Shown here one piece after another: positions 25,058 through 37,879 of a stretch of 64,000 nt of DNA (its first letter is position 1; every line of letters starts with the position of its first letter). The notes under the pieces are model-generated. The model had not been told where the DNA came from, ran no database searches, and saw only the letters and a program-made list of their open reading frames with translations. A program made the position numbers and the translations under genes. Location: positions 84,694,001 through 84,758,000 of the forward strand of contig NC_045696.1 of the NCBI RefSeq assembly GCF_009834535.1, in the 5' to 3' direction. Source of the DNA: Camelus ferus (Eukaryota).

Positions 25058-25285
25058 GTTCATCATGCTGAGATTCTACTGCAATATCGCCTATATCAGT
25101 TAGAACATTCTCATTTTCATATTCTGTCTATTCAAAGGCCTTTGAGAGAAAGAATTATTCTAACAATAAAAGCTTTGCTTTATAACTTATAATTGTCTTT
25201 CTTCTCTGGAGGACTTTGTGATTTAGAATTCTTTCTAAACTATGGCACCTTTGTACCTTTCAAAACATTATTGTGAAATTTCCAG
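25058..25285 (+). pseudogene. Exon remnant (228 nt) resembling dynein stalk coiled coil 2
   Basis: Strong acceptor ttctcctttgtcttttttag, 44 open codons VHHAEILLQYRLYQLEHSHFHILSIQRPLRERIILTIKALLYNL, donor CAG|gtacct. Confidence 0.5.
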
Positions 25286-26407
25286 GTACCTCAAGAGCTT
25301 TTAAAATTTGAATCCCTGCACTTCCTCCAAGGGAAAAAAATTACAGATCAATAAAAGTTAGATAATAAAATCATCCCTAGTTAATACCAACAGCATAACT
25401 AGGAGAGAGAGAATGCTATACACAATAATCAAAAACATTGACAAAATGTGAACACTGAACCCATCAAAGTTACCATAAGAATAAAGAAAGCATAAGCATT
25501 GTATTTTTTAAGCAAAAAATTTCTCTAAACCAAGCTAAGAAACAAAGGTGAAGTGAAAGACAGCATTCTGACAAGAATTAAATGTACCTAAGCATTTTCA
25601 AAATTGAAATAACACCACAGATTAGAAATAGAAAGAATCTGACTAAAAATGGACAAATAAAAGAATATAAAATAAAAATTGAATGAATTAATTCAATAAA
25701 TGTGAATAAAAGACAATAATGACTGAAATGAAAGCTAAATGACAAGATTTCCAATGGAGAATATATACAATCAAAAACATGATATAAAGATTTAGAAAAG
25801 TGAAAAAAAAGCAAAAAAATGCTTAAAAAGGTAATAGTGATAAGAAAGAAGTGTGTGTATATATATATATATTCAAGACATACAGCAAAAGAGAATGATA
25901 GATTTAAAATATTATTTTTCTATACCTAGTATTAACTGATCAGCAGTGGCTACTAATAAGGCAAAATAAGAGACTGTAGGACATTATGACTTTCTTCATG
26001 GAAGAACACAGCAGCTCTTATGGCAGAGTAGTCCAAAAGAAAAAAATCCTGTGGACCTAAGAATTTACAGGATGTAAAGAAGGCAGAAGGGCATGTTAAT
26101 CATACCATATGTACACAATCAGCAATATCCAGACAGTGGAAAACTCTCAGGACAGTTAAATCTGTGTCCTCAACAAATGAATTGTAAGAGGGGGCAGGGA
26201 GAGAGAGCAAGGTGGGAGCTACAGATAAAAAGAGACTTTAACAGACAGCAACTAATGTGAAAATCTTATTTGGATTATGATTCAAAAATATCAGTCAAGT
26301 GAAAATTTGAATACCAAGTGAATATTTGATGGTAGTAATTATTGTTTATTTTGTTTGTGTATGATCATGCTTCTATCTTGATGTATTTTTTAATCTATTT
26401 CTTATAG

Positions 26408-26757
26408 AGATTGGATTGCATACTTATGCTATTATTTTCTAGTTTATGAAGTCAAAACAGAATCATATGGTCTGCCAAAGGTGAAAAGGAAGAGTTCTTT
26501 CTAGAATCTGCAGGTCAAGGTCTCTCAAGCTCTCCTAGGTTTCCTGGAGTTGTTAAGTAGTTCTCTCAGCCTCCGGAGTCCTTATGTCTCATCCCCTGTG
26601 GTCCCTCCTCCTGCTCTCTACACTCCATTCCACAGTTTATCCTCTTATGGATTATCACCAAAGGAAAACTCACAGCTTCAAAACTAACTCCATATTGAGC
26701 TCCACCGCAGTTTAATTATCAAACAAAATCAAATGCTGGGTATACTATGGACTTTAT
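26408..26757 (+). pseudogene. Exon remnant resembling dynein stalk end / AAA5 start
   Basis: About 116 codons in one frame with only 2 internal stops: DWIAYLCYYFLVYE..SYGLSPKENSQLQN*LHIELHRSLIIKQNQMLGILW. Compare dynein IAYLGPFT..YR..GLP.D..SIEN..RWPLMIDPQGQA..W. Confidence 0.6.
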
Positions 26758-27860
26758 AGTTTCCTTTGTGGATTTTAATGCTAAATGTTTAATATAGCCA
26801 TCTCTCTATCTCCTTTAAAATTATAGTTACAATGGTTATAGTAATTCTTAATGGAAGGGATATATACCACCAAATTAATACTTCCTAGATATTCATTTAA
26901 AAATTTTTATACCTGAAATATAATTGCTGTTATTTTGTAATTTATACCTTATATGGTGACTCAAACATAACTATGAAGAAGTATATCACACTCATTGTTC
27001 TTTCTTCAATAGTAAGATTTTTATATTGGTGATAAAGCACATTGTTAGCTAAGGTAAAGAGAGGGACTCCTTACAAACCGCAACTGGGAGTGAAAATCAG
27101 TTGAAGCATCTAGAGGGCAGTTGTCTTTTGACACCTAAATTTTGGAAATAACATGGTCTCTTTCATTTTTAGAAATATTTAATGATATTGAAAAACATTA
27201 CAAAAGTATTAAATAAAAATGCAAGTTGCATACAAATTCATAAACTCCAATTTTATAACTTAAACATACATTTATAGAAACATTTAAACATATTTATAGA
27301 AATATATGTTTAAGTTATAAATATATCTCTATAAATAGAGATTTAAACTTCGATATTCAAAATTAAAGTATTTTTAAAATTTTGGAAAATACTAGCATGA
27401 ACAAGAGATATAAGAGGAAAACACTGAAATTCACTATTTTATCTTGTGCATTAAAATATGTTCTAATCAAGCCACCTTAGAACACATTTTAAAGTTCTTT
27501 TGCCTCTTCATGTTTTTGTTTTTCTCAAAAAAGTATGTATTTTTAGAATAAAATGGAAAATTGTCAAGAGCTAAAATAAGCAAAAATTTAATGTACACAT
27601 AACATATATCCATATATGTTAATGGTAGTGCAATATTTGCTATAATATAAAATTTGAAGTGCAAATCAAAATAACACCTTATCTTCTCTCACAATTACTC
27701 TTGTAGTAAGATATGTCTATGAAATTTTCATCAATGTTAAGAGTAAACCTATGGTTTAACAATTCAAAAGATATTTTTACCTTCTGCTGCAAGCTAGAAT
27801 CATCAGTACAAGAGTGACTAGGAGAAAAAAGCCTAAAGTCACCTTAATTTTTCTTTGCAG

Positions 27861-28071
27861 TTGTCTAAACTATTAATATCTGCAAGAAAAGTTGATTCTC
27901 TTTGTACTGGAGCAACAGAAAATAGTTGTTATAGAAAATGAAGAATTTGGAAAACATTACACTTCACAAAAATTTTTATTGTGCTGATAATTTCATTTGT
28001 TGTATCATCTCCAGAATTGCAAAGCTTCTCACAATTACTACATTATTTATATCTACTGACTTTATCAAACA
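27861..28071 (+). pseudogene. Exon remnant resembling dynein AAA5 (LENAI.FG.PVLLEN)
   Basis: Acceptor taatttttctttgcag, translation YLQEKLILFVLEQQKIVVIENEEFGKHYTSQKFLL, donor ACA|gtaaaa. Confidence 0.55.
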
Positions 28072-28429
28072 GTAAAATAAAATAGAATATGCACGAAAAG
28101 CAAATGTTCATTTTATAATTAAGGCACTCAAAAGGCACATTATTATCTATTCCAAATTATTTGTCAACTTTAACATTTCTGTTCTTCAAGAAATAAAATC
28201 CTTACATTTTGCTATGTGAAAATGGGAAACAAACTAACAAGAAAAAAAGAGTTTATATGTCTGTTATTTAAACACATTTGTTTATTCCACATTGTGTCTG
28301 CCTAAAAATGCTTAAATAGGCAGGCAATTCCATCTGTTTAGTTAAGCAATAATAAAACAGTCTTTTTTCCTAAAAATATCATCATAACTCAATTAGAGAG
28401 CTTCTATAAACTATAAATAATCTATAGAA

Positions 28430-28650
28430 CAATTATAAAGGGCATGAGTCCTAGAGGTGAAAATTTCCTGGGTTCAAATCTCAGCCTCAGTAACCAGAAG
28501 TTTGATTTGGGGCAGGTGATGTCCCTTAGCTTTTTCATATTTAGGACAGGATAATAACAGGGCTTATTTCATAGGGTTATTGTGAAGATAAAAATGATCA
28601 GTATCAGACACAAAAAAGCACTATATAAAATTTAGTCATGATTATTATTA
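28430..28650. mobile_element. MIR SINE
   Basis: cctgggttcaaatctcagcctc..ttggggcaggt..aggataataacag..catagggttattgtgaagat MIR core. Confidence 0.75.
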
Positions 28651-29544
28651 TAATTAGTATTATTTCTGCTGAGAATACTATACTTACTACCACTACTAGT
28701 TTTACTAACATGGAAGGTAGTATCATTTGAAATTTATTTGCAATAAAAACTCAAAGATGTCTTCTGATAGATAGTCCATGCTAGAATATAATAATTTCAA
28801 TTTCCTTATCATGAAGTCATTCTCACTACACAACTGAAATCTCTTAGTGTTTTGTTGAAGAGAAATAAAACACTAGGATGGGGAAGCACTCGTTATCTGC
28901 AGATTATTATGTGAAACATTCAAGCATGTTACTGCAACAATCAAGAGGTAATTTTTTATTCATATTTTACAGATGCTGAAACTGAGTTGTACTCTCTAAA
29001 CATTTGGCAGAGTCAATATTGCTTTCTACAGTGGACAAAGGAAAAAGTCTTTGCCACATACTATTATAATTAATCCATTCTTTTAGTGTAACACAAGGTA
29101 GCTCCATGTGTTTATTTTTCTGATGTTGCAGTGATGCTTGCTGTCACATTATCTATTTGGAGAAAATGTAGGAGTATGGAGAGAGTGTTGCTTCAGAGAT
29201 ATTGAGAGACATATGTTGCTTAAATCACAGAGTTTTTGTGAGGGTCCAAGGAAGTGTTTGTGGAAATGTTTTGTGAACTATGAGAATATATGCCACTGAA
29301 GCATTACATAGCTTTGAGAGTGTTGTGGCATTTTTTTTTTTTTTACAAAATTGGTGTATTATGTAGAATTTTTAATAAATCAAGTTGGAATGACACATAC
29401 CCAAAAGAGATGCCATTAACTTTTTCTTTTTGACTTCTTTATAATACCATAATCACAAATGATTTCTTTTTTTAAGAATATTGTGTGTTAGATATGCTCT
29501 GAATTATATTCTTTTTTATTTTTTGGCATACTATAAACATTCAG

Positions 29545-29670
29545 TAATGATCCTTGAGTACTTGCTTGCCTCTTGGAATTTGTATCTTGAGATAATCCTG
29601 AGATTTTCATTTTTAGCATTATTTTTTATAAAACATGTTACTAACTTCTTTAAGAATAATCATTTCAAAA
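29545..29670 (+). pseudogene. Exon remnant (126 nt, open) resembling dynein AAA5 EYN.NFRLYL..KVT..NF
   Basis: Lies within ORF 29481-29684: MILEYLLASWNLYLEIILRFSFLALFFIKHVTNFFKN. Bounded by cattcag and gtaata. Confidence 0.45.
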
Positions 29671-30259
29671 GTAATATATGCTAATCTTGATTTTACATAA
29701 TTTTTGATGGTACTTTTTTTTGCTATCCTGTATTTTTTATAAGTAATAATGTTTGCAATGAAACTAATAGTTTGCAAAGTAATAATTATCATCATAGAAT
29801 CGATAGTCAAAATACCTAATAATTTCTGAAACGTTATAATATGTAAGTTCAGACTTCCAAACACCTGCATATGTCATTTTATCTTCATGAAAATTCCTTG
29901 AAGTGACTGGTTTTATCTTTATTTAAAGAATATCAAATTGATGTCACAAGAGTTAGTTAATTTTCCCAAGATGTGAAAGTGAAAAATACAACCTAAGGTC
30001 TCAGACATGAGCCAGGATTCTAATAAAAATGTCTGACTTCAAAGTCCCATGTACCACTATGAGATGCAGGGGCTTGCTGAATTATGATTACTATGTGAAG
30101 TATCTAATTAGAACAATTATCAAGTATTCTCCTTATTCTCTTTATTCATGTTGTATGAGCATCTTTTTAAAGATATATGCTAGTATTCAATATTTCAAGG
30201 GTGAAATCTTGAATTCACATTCATTTATTCCCTATTGAAAAAAATGACTGTGAATTCTT

Positions 30260-30415
30260 TTTTTTCCTTTCTCTTGTGTGTGTGTGTGGCAGTGGGGGGG
30301 GGGGGGTGTGATTAGATTTATTTATTTATTTTTTGAGGAGGTACTGGGGATTTAACCCGGGACCTTGTGCATGCTGAGCATGCGCTCTACCACTTGAGCT
30401 ATATCCTTCCCCCCC
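30260..30415 (-). mobile_element. tRNA-Ala-derived SINE (camelid vic-1-like)
   Basis: The minus strand GGGGAAGGATATAGCTCAAGTGGTAGAGCGCATGCTCAGCATGCACAAGGTCCCGGGTTAAATCCCCAGTACCTCC resembles tRNA-Ala(AGC) with A and B boxes. It is followed by (TAAA)n, C-run and (CA)n tail, with an AATTCTT flanking duplication. Confidence 0.85.
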
Positions 30416-30931
30416 AAATTCTTAATCACTGTATCCTAGTTTCTGGCACATCATCACCATCATTGTCATCATGATCATAAAACATCTGAATAATGCTTAC
30501 TGTATCCTAGGCATTATAAGCAAAGTAATCCTAAGAGCATTGCATAGCTTCAATTTCCTCAAAACTACACTCACTTTCATTTAATGGAATAAACTGCACT
30601 CTCCTTTACTAGGCCCAGTTTCATCTAATTCAATTTTTAGCTGTAAAAATGCACCATATCAAGACATAGGTGCTTGCTTTGACTTAATAAGGATTTCTTT
30701 AAAAGTTGCATTCAAATTATAAATTAGGTGACTATATATTTTACATGTGAACTGAAACACTTTGGAGAATGAGATGGCACTGATAATAAATGTACCAGAA
30801 CAAAGGGAATAATGTGGGACTCTCCCAGCAAGCCAGTCAACCCACGCATGATGAATAAATTAGAGTTTTCAATAGTACCAAATAATTAGGCTAACTGAAC
30901 TTCCCTTTTTTTACCCTATGAGTATCTTTAA

Positions 30932-30966
<35 letters not shown>

Positions 30967-31479
30967 TATATATATACTGATATTAAGTATTTCAGGAGTT
31001 AAGTCATTAATTCACACCCACTGTTACTACATTCGGTCATATTTTTAAAGTCGCTGAGATTGCATTCTCCAATGTAGAATTATACACAAAAGAATCACTA
31101 GAGCATTAAATTTTAGCCTGTAATAGACCTAAGAAAACATGTTATTTAGCAAGTTCATTTTACAGATGAGGATATCTCAACATAAAGTTGGATGAGACAA
31201 ATCCTGGACCTTTGCATCACATACCATAGTCTCCTAGGGATTCTGTCAAAAGAAAGCACCTGAAGGTGGCTCAAATGCTCACACCTTGATTTAGAACACA
31301 AATCATTCAAGGAAGCTTACATTTGCAAGTAGGCTTTATAAGTTAAATTTTAGAAATATCATTTCAGCATTATAATTTTAAGTTTTTGTGTCTCTCTAGG
31401 TTTCCTACTGAAAAAGAATTGTGAATTCCTCATTGTATCCTGGTGTCTGGCACATTGTCATCATTATGATTACCATCAT

Positions 31480-31735
31480 ACATTTGAATATTTGCTGTAT
31501 TCTAGCCACAGTTCTAGGAACATTGTACAGATTATTTCCTTTTCTTCTCATAGTCACATAAAATTAGAACTATTTTACTAACAGACTGATTTTACAGATA
31601 AGGAAACTAAGGCAGAGAGAGGCTAAGTTACTTGGTAAGGGTGCACAGCTAAAAAGTGGTAAAATCAGTATTTAAACACAGAATCTGATTCTTCAGCCTG
31701 CACTCTTTACCAGTATACCATGTTGCTTCCACTAT
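31480..31735. mobile_element. MIR SINE
   Basis: ttttacagataaggaaactaaggcagagagaggctaagttacttggtaagggtgcacagct MIR core. Confidence 0.8.
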
Positions 31736-32931
31736 ATGTTGCATTAATGATTCATCCATTATCTCATCTGATTTTTAGTATAGCCCTGTGAAATATTCAG
31801 AGCAGCTACTGTATTCCCAAAATATGGATTAAAAATAATCAAGCTCAGGGACATTCAAGTGCCTTACCCAAGCTTATATAAGAAGAAGTACAGGTGGCAT
31901 CCAGAAAGGGAAAACCTAAATGTTATTCTGGTCCTCTTTCAACATCATCCTAATTTAACAGCCTGGAATATATCAGAAGAAAAATGAGCTATACTGAAGA
32001 CTGATTCTAAACTTAAATCCACATATTTTTTAACATATCTATCTATCTATCTATCTATCTGTCTTTAACACTAAGTCACAAGTTGAGGAGCACAAGCAGA
32101 AATGCAGACACAAGAGCAAGGCAAATAATGATTTTGCAAATGCCTCTAATAAGCTAATTGCATGCAGTGTTTCAAAGGCTCAGCAAGCACTTTTCTACAT
32201 GGTGAGCATGATTCATGCCCACCCCTATACATAACTCCTCCATAGTCTTCCTTACAGCATATCTTTTGTGTTTCCTGCTTTAAATGTCCATTTTCAAAGA
32301 ATCATTAAACTAATAAGATGTGTACTGGGAAATCCATGATGAGTACTAGTATAGTTTTTGCTTACTTTCTTTTTTCCCTTAAACTTGAATAAATTGGGAG
32401 TCTATATGAGTAATATTTGTACCCTTATTGTTCTTATATAATCTTCAAGTACTGAGCTCCTAGAATTAAGATCTTAATCACCTCCCTAGGGCCCCTGAAA
32501 CTTCAATTTGTTCACCTAAAACAAAACGAAAAACAAGTGGTATTCTAATTACCTAGTTGTCATTAGGATAATATGAGATAGCACAAAAATAGAGCTTTAT
32601 AAAATGTAAATTATTTTTGAGATATAAAACAATAAATTGATACAAACCATATAACAAATACTTACAAAATCTTAGAGGCTCTTCCTCATTTTTATGGTAT
32701 ATTTTTGGTGCCTGGAATTGTAACATAAGGTTGATAAAGAAATAAAGACTAGGATAGTATAATGAGTTAGAGTATTTTTTTATTTTCTTGTCCACAAGTA
32801 AAATAATATGAAACCTATTTTCTGAGACTTGTTTTTAGCCTACCTACTAATTCCCAATTCAGTTCTTGTTTTTTTGTGTGTGTATGTTGTTTTGTTGTTG
32901 TTTTGTCATTATTTACCACCTCCTTGAACAG

Positions 32932-33096
32932 AGAACATTTGATCCTGAAACTGGGTAAACTAACTCAGATGCCTTTCAAGTAGTTCCTACTGAACAGAAT
33001 ATAAAATTTTGTCAGTTGATTTGCACCCTCAGTGAAGAGAAATGCCTAGTGCTGAATAAATACTGGATGCTTATGAACTTAAAATTAAGCTGCTAG
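32932..33096 (+). pseudogene. Exon remnant resembling dynein post-AAA5 ED.IL..L..GNIL.D..LI.TL..SK..E.KI
   Basis: Frameshifted pieces EHLILKLGKL / TEQNIKFCQLICTLSEEK / LDAYELKIKLL, with perfect donor TAG|gtaagt. Its phase-1 end joins the 36493 exon to give KIKLLVEVLFTCAPRA. Confidence 0.55.
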
Positions 33097-33360
33097 GTAA
33101 GTAAAATTTTTGGTCTTTACTTTCTCCTGTTTTGCTTATGTAAAACCAGTTTTGTACAGTTTTTATTAACTATGAATATTCCTTCTCAATCTGCAATTCT
33201 GATTCCTCTTCTTTTCTTTCCCTTTCCTGTTTTCTCCCTTAGTGTCTCTGTTTCTCTCTGTCACTCTCTCTCATTCTCCCCAGTCTAAAATGCCTCTCTT
33301 GATTATTTCTTCCATTCCTTGATTTACTAATCATACTCTGAAGCCTCCTAAGTCCAAATC

Positions 33361-34005
33361 TGTGGGAGCCCATGATTGGGTTAGCAAGTTGTAACAATCC
33401 CAGCCACTTACCTCCTTAAAGAAGATGTGCTTAGTACCTGCCTTGAGGTTTTACCAATGACCCAGGCCCCCAGCTATAAATGCTGGGAGAGCCTGCTGTT
33501 AGTCTTCTATCCCCAAAACAGCCTTGGGCTGGAATGGTAAGAAGCTGCAGACTCAGAGGTGAGAAGGCTGGTTAGCCAATGAAGGGTAAGATCCCCTGAG
33601 GGGGCAACCTAAGACAGACACTGCCACATGAGTCCAAGAAAATCTTGTCAAGCAGCTGATTCTCATACATTCCACCCTGATAAGCTGAAAGGCTCAACAC
33701 GATTATGATTCACCAAAAAGGGTCTTCTAACCTTGAGCCAAACACCAACAATAAACAAAGCCTTTGTACTCATTGTGATCCCACCCTGTCCTTCCCTAAA
33801 TTCCTGCTTCAACTGTACTCAATAAATATGAGAGATTTGAGAGGCTCCTGGAGTTGGCTCCCGACTCCCTCTTGCTCTCTTGACTTTTCCCCAGAGTCTT
33901 GAGTAATTCATTCCGTCTTGGTGGGACTTCTGCTGGCCAGAACCCACAACTTGTGACAAACCCACATGAATCCCTAGTGCAGGTGGCTATCCTGGGTTCC
34001 AGACA
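33361..34005 (+). mobile_element. ERV1-class solo LTR
   Basis: TG...CA termini, CCAAT and TATAAA motifs, AATAAA at ~33822, GC-richer than flanks, near-duplicated 4-bp flanks (aatc/aata). Confidence 0.75.
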
Positions 34006-36492
34006 AATACATGACTAAGTATTATATATCTTCTCCTAGCCTTCCCATAGATGATGTGAAACTAAACATGCCAAATGTGAAACATGCTTGTCCTCACTAT
34101 TTCTTATATAAACTTACAACACCATAAACTAAAAAGTTGCTCAAACCAGAAATTATGGAAGCAATTTAGACTACTCTTGCACATTCTATCCGTTCTTTCA
34201 GATCTATAATTAGGTTCTGTGGAGTCAACTTAATATAAGGACTATGCCCACCCTCTGCAGTTTCCTATGGTCTCATAGTGTCTTGGATAACAGTATTTAC
34301 TATCATAGTGCATAGTATTATCATGTGAAGTCACATGACCAGAAATGGCGCACCAAATATCTCTTCCCAACTGCAAACTAGGTACTCTAACTAAAATGCA
34401 AGTTGAGTTATTTTATTTCACTGCTTAAAATCATTCAATGGTCTCTGTTAACTCCAAAATAGATCCGAAATTAGAAATGGAATAAGAGATTCCTTATGAT
34501 TGTTTCTTACCTTTGCAATCTTTACCCCACTGCTTTCTTTCTCACTTCTTAAAATACAGAAGTGTTTAGCTACATGCACTTCCAGAACACACCCCAATGC
34601 ATTGTGCTTCAGGGGGGTCCTCACTGCTTTGTGTTTCCATACAATACATGTTGCTGTGGCAAGACAAACTGCTGGGGGACTTACATGATCCCTGTCTTAG
34701 GAAAACACAACACTTGGAATTAAACTCTTAATGGTGTCTTTGTGGGTCAAAGGCCTAATTATTTTACTATAATAACTATGTCATGCACAGCATCTCTGTC
34801 ATCTTTTGTTCCCAATAAATGAAAAGTTTCAAGAAAATAAAGTGTGAAATTTTTAATATGTCACAGATCAGATCTCATGTAAACCTAAACCCTTTAATCC
34901 TTTTAAAGCTTTCATGAGGTTTGACTTATGTACAGTAAATTGCATATATTTAAATTGTATATTTTGGTGTTTCTTTACATATTTATAACATATTAAGTCA
35001 TCATCATACTCAAAGTATTAAACATTTCTATCAAACTCTGCAGATTCTTGTGGCCCTATTAATATATTCTTCTCTCTATCCCATCCCTAGGCAAAAACTG
35101 ATCAGATTTTGCCACCATTGAATTGATTGTGAATTTCCAAATTTTATAAAATATATAATGTGATAGGCAATCTTTTCTCTGTCTTCTTTTATTCAATAAA
35201 ATGATACTGAATGTAGCAATAGTTTGTTCCTATTATTGATGTGCAGTATTTCATTGTATAGATACACCACATTTGTTTATCCATTTTCCTGGTGATGACA
35301 TGTGTTGTTTCCAATATTTGGTTACTATAAATAAAGTTTCTATGTATGTGAGCACATAACCCTATTTAACACATGTTTTCAATTCTCATGGTAGTGAATT
35401 GCCAAACTTGTCTCCAAACTGGTTTGCAATGTGTATTTACCTATGTTACAGTACAAGATAGTATTTTTAAATTGCTAGGATTCAAATTTGGCTACTCAAA
35501 TGGTACTTCTACTACAGTGAGCAAGGTAAGGTCTGTGTCCCACCTCTCTCATCTGTAAAATGGAGATAAAAATATAACTCTATTTAAGGGTTGCTACCAG
35601 CAAAAATAATAATAAACATGAAGTACAAAATACAGTCTTTGGAAACATGCTAAATGTTCAAAATGTTCAAAATTGCATTATCAATATAACAATCAATTTC
35701 ATGATCTAACTGGTAGATTGTGGAAAAGAAATCTTTAATTGAATTACCTTCAATTGACAATATAGTGATTGTAGATAAAGCCTCAGTGAATTGATATATA
35801 TAGATAGTAATTAATTTAATTAATAGTAATTAATTAAATTATTGGTTTGATTTGCTTCTCTTGGGTTCTATAAACTAATGTGCAATTAGTAAAGTCTATT
35901 ACTTGAGAGTCATATGGGTAAGACTGGCTGCTACAATAAACAGAACTAATTTCCACTCAATCTTCAGTAGGTTTGTATATATGTGTGTGATAATTTCCAG
36001 TAAAAATTTTCCTTGAATTTTAATAAGATTATTATTTTTAAATTTTATGATAATTGATTTTTCACCTTATGGAGATATTCAGAATTATAATCATCTTTCC
36101 TTTGTATTTTTAAAAGCTAATTTGATTAGTTACTTTTCGAAAGTCCTGACATATAATTTACTACCCTCAGCTATATTAAAATTACATTATTTTGTATTAG
36201 GTGTTAGTTGATTTGTATAGCTTATTTTTTTTAATGAGAAAAAAATGACCTTTATATTAACTAGACGTTTGCAAGGTCTTTCTTCTCTATTTCTTTTGGG
36301 AAATGCTTGTGCTGTTATATAACATGCAGGGCGACTTGTACTGAATTCATACATTTATATGAAAGGAGATTACCAATCAAATTTACATTGACAATTGGTT
36401 TATTGTGAAATATCTATTTACTTATATAACAGTGAATGCAATATGCTAGGAAAGGTTTTATAAACAAATTGTGTTTATTTCTTGCACCTCAG

Positions 36493-36950
36493 TAGAAGTC
36501 CTCTTCACTTGTGCTCCAAGAGCTCCTATTATGTAACTAACTTACTTTTTTTTTGGTATCTTGAATAAGATACCAAAATTTAATTTGGTTCTTCTTAGTC
36601 CAGAGGTTTACGAGGTACAAGCCAAAGCAAGTTATCTATTTACTACAGAGTCGATAAGTCATTATAGAGAAAGCACTGGATAACTGCAATAAACCTCTTT
36701 TTGAAAAAGAGAAAGAATGGAAGACACACAGCAGTCGTTGATACACAGCAGCTTTGTAATTCCACTGGGCAGAAGTTTTTTAGGGTCCTTCAGCCTAGGG
36801 CTAGGGGATTTTCTTTGATTTAAGCATAGGAATTGCACTTGGTGTTGTTTTCTCACCCAGTGAGCTCCATGGCACCTGGTTCCTTCTTGTAGGAGATGCT
36901 TTCTTCTTTAATAATCTTATTTTAGATTCATCTGATACACTCTTTAGAGT
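36493..36950 (+). pseudogene. Large exon remnant resembling dynein region preceding AAA6
   Basis: APRAPIM*LTYFFFGILNKI..SYLFTTESI / VIIEKALDN..GIFFDLSIGIALGVVFSPSELHGTWFLLVG, against dynein A.RASILYF.I.DL.KI..YQYSL..F..SIDN..LLFSFLL.I.I..I.P.EW.FLLTG. Acceptor ttatttcttgcacctcag, donor gtatgt. Confidence 0.55.
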
Positions 36951-37446
36951 GTATGTCTGTTGAAGGATGAACATCTTTATTAGTCCATTCTCTCCTTATA
37001 AATGGCAAGGAGTCTCAAGGGCCACTAAAGTCAAACAGTCACAATCTTTCAGTAGAGGTTGGTTTTGGGTTTTTTTTTTTTTTTTTTTGAGACTTATGAT
37101 GATTCACTGAGAAACATGCACCTTCTTCCTCACCTTCCTAAACCATTTTTGTTTTCATTGTTCTATTTATTTGGCCCCATATCCTTAGTTGGACCTCTAC
37201 TCTGAGATACTTGCTAAAATATTGTTCATAGTGTCGGTACTTTCTGAAAACTGTTTTAATGTTTTAATCAGCTGGTGTTGTTCAAAGCTGGTGCTTCTCA
37301 AATTTATATATTATGGGATGCAATTGAGAAGCAGTTGCTTCTTTGAAAGGTATCAGTCCTGGCATTTACCTATTCTATAATATCTTCCATTGTTTCTTGC
37401 TCACCAGCCAATTCTTTGCTGTATACTGTCAAACACAAGCAGCATA

Positions 37447-37486
<40 letters not shown>

Positions 37487-37879
37487 TTTTCAACCTCTCC
37501 ATCTAAAATCACACAACTATTGGTAACATTTTCTAAGTTTTCATAGATTAGACTTACATGGAATATTTTCCACTGCCTAGCATTGGTATTTATTTTCTGA
37601 ACCCTAATAGCAGTTTACTAATCTCTTATATTCTGATCATGTGCTAATATCACACATTTTAGGATTATTTTATGTCACAACCTCAGTATTTGTACCAAAC
37701 TTTAAAACAGGATGTACTAGGCTATCCTTTAGTATTAATTCCCAAACATGAGTCATTTCCACAATAAAAGATTTTTGTTTTATTTTGCTTTTTATTTATT
37801 TTTTATGCTTATCCCATATTGTGAGTTAACAGAGGGAAGGCCTCTGCTTATGTAGTCAGTCAAAAACCTAGGCTAATGA

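Noticed and set aside
30336..30412. Possible tRNA-Ala gene
   Set aside because: The T-loop is mutated (GGTTAAATC), and it has a SINE tail and flanking duplication, so it is a SINE head.
15877..32944. Apparent minus-strand exon chain: 32917-32944, 32666-32711, 29816-29864, 27961-28037 and 27781-27817 join in phase as IKCSLFKEVAPKIYHKNEEEPLRFCVWKSELTYYNVSEIISNCEKLCNSGDD..; also 25008-25127 TEYENENVLTDIGDIAVESQHDEPKK..
   Set aside because: It has no recognisable homology, and several acceptors are poor. Many pieces overlap the plus-strand dynein-like remnants, whose antisense frames would tend to stay open. Short AG/GT-bounded open segments are easy to find by chance in AT-rich DNA. An antisense transcript is not strictly excluded.
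36662..37010. Minus-strand frames resembling a basic protein (SKIRLLKKKASPTRRNQVPW..)
   Set aside because: They are the antisense of the plus-strand 36493-36950 remnant and have no independent homology.
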